From positions 64,856-128,855 of the forward strand of contig CAYRWR010000006.1 in assembly GCA_964428015.1 (NCBI GenBank): a DNA stretch of 64,000 nt, read 5' to 3'. Below are positions 62,187 to 64,000 of the stretch, piece by piece. The number at the start of each line of letters is the position of its first letter. Positions within the stretch are counted from its first letter, which is position 1. The DNA is from an uncultured Brevinematales bacterium (GTDB lineage: Bacteria; Spirochaetota; Brevinematia; Brevinematales; CAYRWR01). The notes under the pieces were generated by a model that saw only the letters and a list, made by a program, of their open reading frames with translations, ran no database searches and had not been told where the DNA came from. A program made the translations under genes and the position numbers.

Positions 62187-64000
62187 TCAGACACCCAACT
62201 TATCCAGAATTTTTACATAAAGATCATAATATTCAGACTGTGAAAATTCTTTTATTTTTTCTTCAGGCAAATCTTCCAAAAGATTGTCCAGATATTGAAG
62301 TACTTTTTTCATTTCATCTTTTGTATCTAAACTCAGCGATTCTACTTTGTTCTGGATAATCTGTTCTTTTTCTTCTCTGCTAAAATCTTCTGTCCCATTG
62401 AGACTGTACATTTCCGGATTGATAGCATCATCCTGATCCAGTGAATGTTCCGGTTTAATAATATCTTCTTCCAGAATTTCTACATGATCTTCTTCTATAT
62501 CATCAGGGACGGGTAGAGTGTCTATTTTGTTATCATCAGAGTCTGGTGCAGAAGCAATAATCATGGCTTCTGTATCACTCATCTCAGCAAAAGTAAGATC
62601 CTCTTCCAAACTTTCCACCTCAGGAGATTCATGAATCACAATTTCTTCCATCTGAGGCATTTCTTCAAAATCTGAAATAGGTAATTCTTCTTCCTGAACA
62701 GCTTCTGGTTCCTGGTTTAATGACATTTCAGAAGCGGATGATATAATGGTTTCGTCTTCATCAATAGGTTCCAGTGTTATAGCTGTTTCACCGTTGATAT
62801 CGGGTTCTGAAATATTAATATCTTCGATCTCGGTTTTTCTGATTTCACTGAAGGTTTCTGCTTCATCAAGGGATGCCATTTCTACAAAATCATTTTGAGA
62901 AATGATGATTTCTTCTTCTATGGGTGTTGTATCTTCCTCAGACAGTTCAGTATCCTGTGTACTTATTCCCAATGATGGTTCACTGGATATTTCAATTTCA
63001 TCAGTATCGGTTGGTCCAGGAATGGAAATTTCTTCAAGCTCGTCCATTTCCAGAGGTAAATCCTCTTCCAGATCAACCGGTTCCAAGTGAATATCAGACC
63101 CGATTTCCGGTTCTGGAGTACTGCTTTCTTTTTCTTCTTCATAAGATTCGGAAATGACAGAATCAGTATCAGAATAATCGTCTGTCATAGGTACAACCAG
63201 ATCATCTTCATCCAGGTCGATCAATTCGGCTTCTTCGGCAAGAATATCAGCCTGATCACTTACAGGAGGATTTACTGAATTGTCCAGGCTGATGGCGCTG
63301 GCGTTAAAATCCGGTATATCGTGTGATGAAGCTTCTAAAAGTTCATCATCTCCCTCAGAAGGAATGGCATTTTCACCGTTATAAATAGCATATAGCTCTT
63401 CTACGTCAGTAGTTTTTTCATTACTTTTAGGTGAAATATCCAGGTCTGTAGGTGCTTCCGGGATTTCAATTGCCGGCCCCAGGTCAATGGTGTCAGTTTG
63501 AGGTTTTGCCAAAACATCAGGGGTAGAAGGAGAGAAGTCATTATCGTCATTAAGTGGAGATTCCAGGCCAATAGAAGGGTTTGAAGAAGTAATAATCGTT
63601 TCAGCAGCTTCTTCTTCCTCGTTCACTTCTATATCATTCAGTTCCTCTATGGAGAGTGCAATCGGTTCATCATCATCATCTTCCAGTGATTCTGAGGAGA
63701 GTTCAGAGACTTCTTCAAAGGAGAAATCACCAGATACTGTTTGAGAGGTTTGGTTATCAATTTCTGATATTTCCGGAGTAGGGGCAACCGCTATATCTAT
63801 GTCCAACAATTCTTCAGGAGTATCAGTTTCCTGCAAGATTATTTCGGATGATTCTTCCGGGACGTCATCCACCAGGTTGATTTCACCAATTTTATCTTCC
63901 TGGCCGTAGATCACATTATCCAGTTCTCGTCCATCAATGGAAATGATTTCATCATCGGCATCGAATACATATGCCTGTTCCAGGGCTTTTTCTTTTTGAA
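62187..64000 (-). CDS. Hyperacidic (Asp/Glu-rich) protein; the 5' end probably lies off window
   Basis: The frame stays open from the GTG at 63914 up to the window edge (…QKEKALEQAYVFDADDEIISIDGRELDN-V-IYGQED…). Basic residues are almost absent until a conserved-looking C-terminal helix KKVLQYLDNLLEDLPEEKIKEFSQSEYYDLYVKILDKLGV. Confidence 0.7.
   Translation of the reverse strand, partial: QKEKALEQAYVFDADDEIISIDGRELDNVIYGQEDKIGEINLVDDVPEESSEIILQETDTPEELLDIDIAVAPTPEISEIDNQTSQTVSGDFSFEEVSELSSESLEDDDDEPIALSIEELNDIEVNEEEEAAETIITSSNPSIGLESPLNDDNDFSPSTPDVLAKPQTDTIDLGPAIEIPEAPTDLDISPKSNEKTTDVEELYAIYNGENAIPSEGDDELLEASSHDIPDFNASAISLDNSVNPPVSDQADILAEEAELIDLDEDDLVVPMTDDYSDTDSVISESYEEEKESSTPEPEIGSDIHLEPVDLEEDLPLEMDELEEISIPGPTDTDEIEISSEPSLGISTQDTELSEEDTTPIEEEIIISQNDFVEMASLDEAETFSEIRKTEIEDINISEPDINGETAITLEPIDEDETIISSASEMSLNQEPEAVQEEELPISDFEEMPQMEEIVIHESPEVESLEEDLTFAEMSDTEAMIIASAPDSDDNKIDTLPVPDDIEEDHVEILEEDIIKPEHSLDQDDAINPEMYSLNGTEDFSREEKEQIIQNKVESLSLDTKDEMKKVLQYLDNLLEDLPEEKIKEFSQSEYYDLYVKILDKLGV

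Overview
This window looks like a chromosomal segment of a spirochaete. The evidence is two tandem flaA-type genes for the sheath of the periplasmic flagellum, plus ordinary housekeeping genes: pheA, an inositol monophosphatase, ssrA (tmRNA), glyA, purM, secA, priA-mrdA-rodA, rdgB, panD and a class II ribonucleotide reductase. I support about 60 protein genes, one tmRNA, three decayed gene fragments, several intrinsic terminators, and several sigma70-like promoters and operators. I saw no rRNA, tRNA, CRISPR array, transposase, integrase or recognisable defence genes.

The observations I rank highest:
1. An AT-rich four-gene operon bounded by terminators (52731-56706). It encodes a WD40 lipoprotein, a PilZ/GAF protein, an RCK K+ channel and a stand-alone cNMP-binding protein, directly downstream of flaA-flaA.
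2. A compact pseudopilus operon (2144-6779). All three prepilin-like proteins have Ala at the -1 cleavage position. No ATPase, platform protein, prepilin peptidase or secretin is present in the window.
3. A single 594-codon ORF (38042-39823) whose base composition drops from about 60% to about 30% GC mid-gene. It sits in a rearranged locus flanked by copies of a dispersed ~35-nt repeat, next to an M23 peptidase remnant.
4. Two families of short dispersed intergenic elements.
5. A cluster of three predicted outer-membrane beta-barrel-type proteins.
6. Several enzymes with unusual active-site or domain features: an ALDH lacking the general-base Glu, a Zn-ribbon-SDR fusion lacking the catalytic Tyr, and cupredoxin-like proteins without copper ligands.
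7. A FapA / GAF-degenerate-GGDEF / hyperacidic protein operon at the right edge.

Base composition is strongly mosaic across the window. All family assignments come from motif recognition by eye; no database search was run.
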